From an uncultured Acutalibacter sp. (GTDB lineage Bacteria > Bacillota > Clostridia > Oscillospirales > Acutalibacteraceae), in contig CAYSQF010000002.1 in the NCBI GenBank assembly GCA_964433105.1, positions 1 to 49,216 on the forward strand: DNA of 49,216 nucleotides, given 5' to 3'. The notes under the pieces are model-generated. The model made no database searches. It had not been told where the DNA came from and saw only the letters and a program-made list of their open reading frames with translations. Of the stretch, positions 47,869 through 49,216 are shown piece after piece. How positions within the stretch are numbered: the stretch's first letter is position 1; each line of letters starts with the position of its first letter. The translations under genes and the position numbers were made by a program.

Positions 47869-49068
47869 TCAGGCGTTAAAAACGTATTTGTCCAGCCGCT
47901 TAAAGGCTTCCTGCACGCGGGAAAGAGGCAGGGCCAGGTTCATGCGGATATGACAGGGCCCGTGGAACGCCCGGCCGTCCTGCCAGATCACGCCCACCTC
48001 GGCGCCGGCTTTCTGCAGCTCGTCAATGGACTTTCCGTGCTTCTCGCACCATTTGGTGCAATCCAGGAACAGCATGTAGGTGCCCTCGGGCTTCTGCACC
48101 TCCACGCCCTCGAAGTGGTCGTGAATGTACTGGCAGGCGAAGTCCACATTGCCGGTCAGAACCTCCCGCAGCTCGTCCACCCACTCGGCGCCCTCGGGAG
48201 AATACGCGCCGATCAGGGCGTGCATGGACAGCACGTTCATGCTGTTGTAATGGGACAGGGAAGCCTCCTTCATCACACGCTCGCGGAGCCACCGGTTGTA
48301 AATAATGTGATAGGACCCCACCAGCCCGGCCAGGTTGAAGGTCTTGGAAGGCGCGTACAGAGCCACCGTGCGGTTCCTGGCGTCCTCGCTGACCGACTGG
48401 GTCGGGATGTGCTTGTGGCCGCTGAGAAGCAAGTCGGACCAAATCTCGTCGGAAATCACGTAGACGTCATACTTTTTGTAAAGCTCCATCGCCTTCTCGA
48501 TCTCCCACCGCTCCCAAACGCGGCCGCAGGGATTGTGCGGGGAGCAGAACACTGCGGCGTGAATCTTTTCCTCGGCGAGCTTCTTCTCCATGTCCGCAAA
48601 GTCCATGCGCCAAACGCCGTTTTCGTCCCGGACCAGGGGGGAATGTACAATCTTATAGCCATTGTTCCCTAAAGCGCCGGTAAAGCCCACATAGGTGGGC
48701 GAATGCAGCAGCACCTTGTCGCCCTTGGAGCACACCACGTTCAGGGCGCTGACAACCCCGCCCAGCACGCCGTTTTCATAGCCGATGTCCTCTTTGGAAA
48801 GGCCGGTGACGCCGTTGCGGGTTTTTTGCCAGTTGATAATGGCGTTATAGTACTCCTCGGCGGTGGCAAAGTAGCCGAAGGCGGGGTGCTCGGCCCGCCG
48901 GATTACCGCCTGGGGGATGGTCGGCACCGTGGGGAAATTCATATCCGCCACCCACATGGGGATACGGTCAAACCCCTCTTTCACCTGCACGCCGGGGATG
49001 GGGATATGGTCCACGGCGATGGAATCCTTTCCGGTTCGGTCCATGATGGATGTAAAATCGTACTTCAC
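47869..49068 (-). CDS. MalY/PatB-family PLP enzyme (cystathionine beta-lyase-like)
   Basis: PMWVADMNF, CSPHNPCGRVW, SDEIW, APSKTFNLAG (PLP Lys) and RMNLA. Confidence 0.92.
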   Translation of the reverse strand: MKYDFTSIMDRTGKDSIAVDHIPIPGVQVKEGFDRIPMWVADMNFPTVPTIPQAVIRRAEHPAFGYFATAEEYYNAIINWQKTRNGVTGLSKEDIGYENGVLGGVVSALNVVCSKGDKVLLHSPTYVGFTGALGNNGYKIVHSPLVRDENGVWRMDFADMEKKLAEEKIHAAVFCSPHNPCGRVWERWEIEKAMELYKKYDVYVISDEIWSDLLLSGHKHIPTQSVSEDARNRTVALYAPSKTFNLAGLVGSYHIIYNRWLRERVMKEASLSHYNSMNVLSMHALIGAYSPEGAEWVDELREVLTGNVDFACQYIHDHFEGVEVQKPEGTYMLFLDCTKWCEKHGKSIDELQKAGAEVGVIWQDGRAFHGPCHIRMNLALPLSRVQEAFKRLDKYVFNA

Positions 49069-49172
49069 ATTAACAACCCTTTCTGTCCGTATTTGCCAGC
49101 ACGAAACTGATCTACGCTAATTTTATCATGTTTGGGCGAAATTGCAAGTATTACTTTCCGCCCCAAAAGGAA

Positions 49173-49198
49173 GGCCCGGGGGCTGCCCCGGGCCAAAG
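49173..49198 (-). terminator. Hairpin, probable terminator of an upstream unit beyond the right edge
   Basis: GGCCCGGGG-loop-CCCCGGGCC followed by TTCCTTTT on the minus strand. Confidence 0.5.
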
Positions 49199-49216
49199 AG
49201 AAAGCTTGCGATTTTT

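Noticed and set aside
1-49216. CRISPR arrays, tRNA/rRNA genes, prophage or defence genes
   Set aside because: No regularly spaced repeats, cloverleafs, rRNA-like tracts or phage/defence motifs were seen by eye; AddAB, SMC and DprA are in normal housekeeping context.

Overview
A 49.2-kb, mostly core-genome window from a Firmicute, probably a gut Clostridia of the Oscillospiraceae/Acutalibacteraceae type (inferred from gene content, sigma-A promoters, T-box and AddAB). From left to right it holds: the left end of a probable IS3-family element; a Leu T-box-controlled leuA-leuB operon; a histidine-phosphatase homologue lacking its catalytic His; and an XRE regulator. Next is a five-gene cluster (asnB-like, D-aspartate ligase, aspartate racemase, small membrane protein, second asnB-like) that looks like a peptidoglycan D-Asx bridge/amidation module behind an attenuator-like leader. 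It is followed by an IlvD/Edd dehydratase, a MerR regulator, an NCS2 purine permease, and a MATE-LysR-MATE islet with a shared operator and an aldo/keto-reductase relic. The rest is a long minus-strand housekeeping run: nrdR, leuS, rsfS, yqeK, nadD, P-loop kinase, yhbY, rdgB-GNAT fusion, ftsY with a C-terminal extension, smc, rnc, plsX, trmFO, a DUF6440-like small gene, topA, dprA, TrmH-family methyltransferase, rplT-rpmI-infC (expanded L20-type leader, AUC start), addA, addB and a MalY/PatB enzyme. No rRNA, tRNA, CRISPR array or prophage was seen. Family calls come from motif recognition, not database searches; start codons were re-picked by RBS where the ORF track overshoots.
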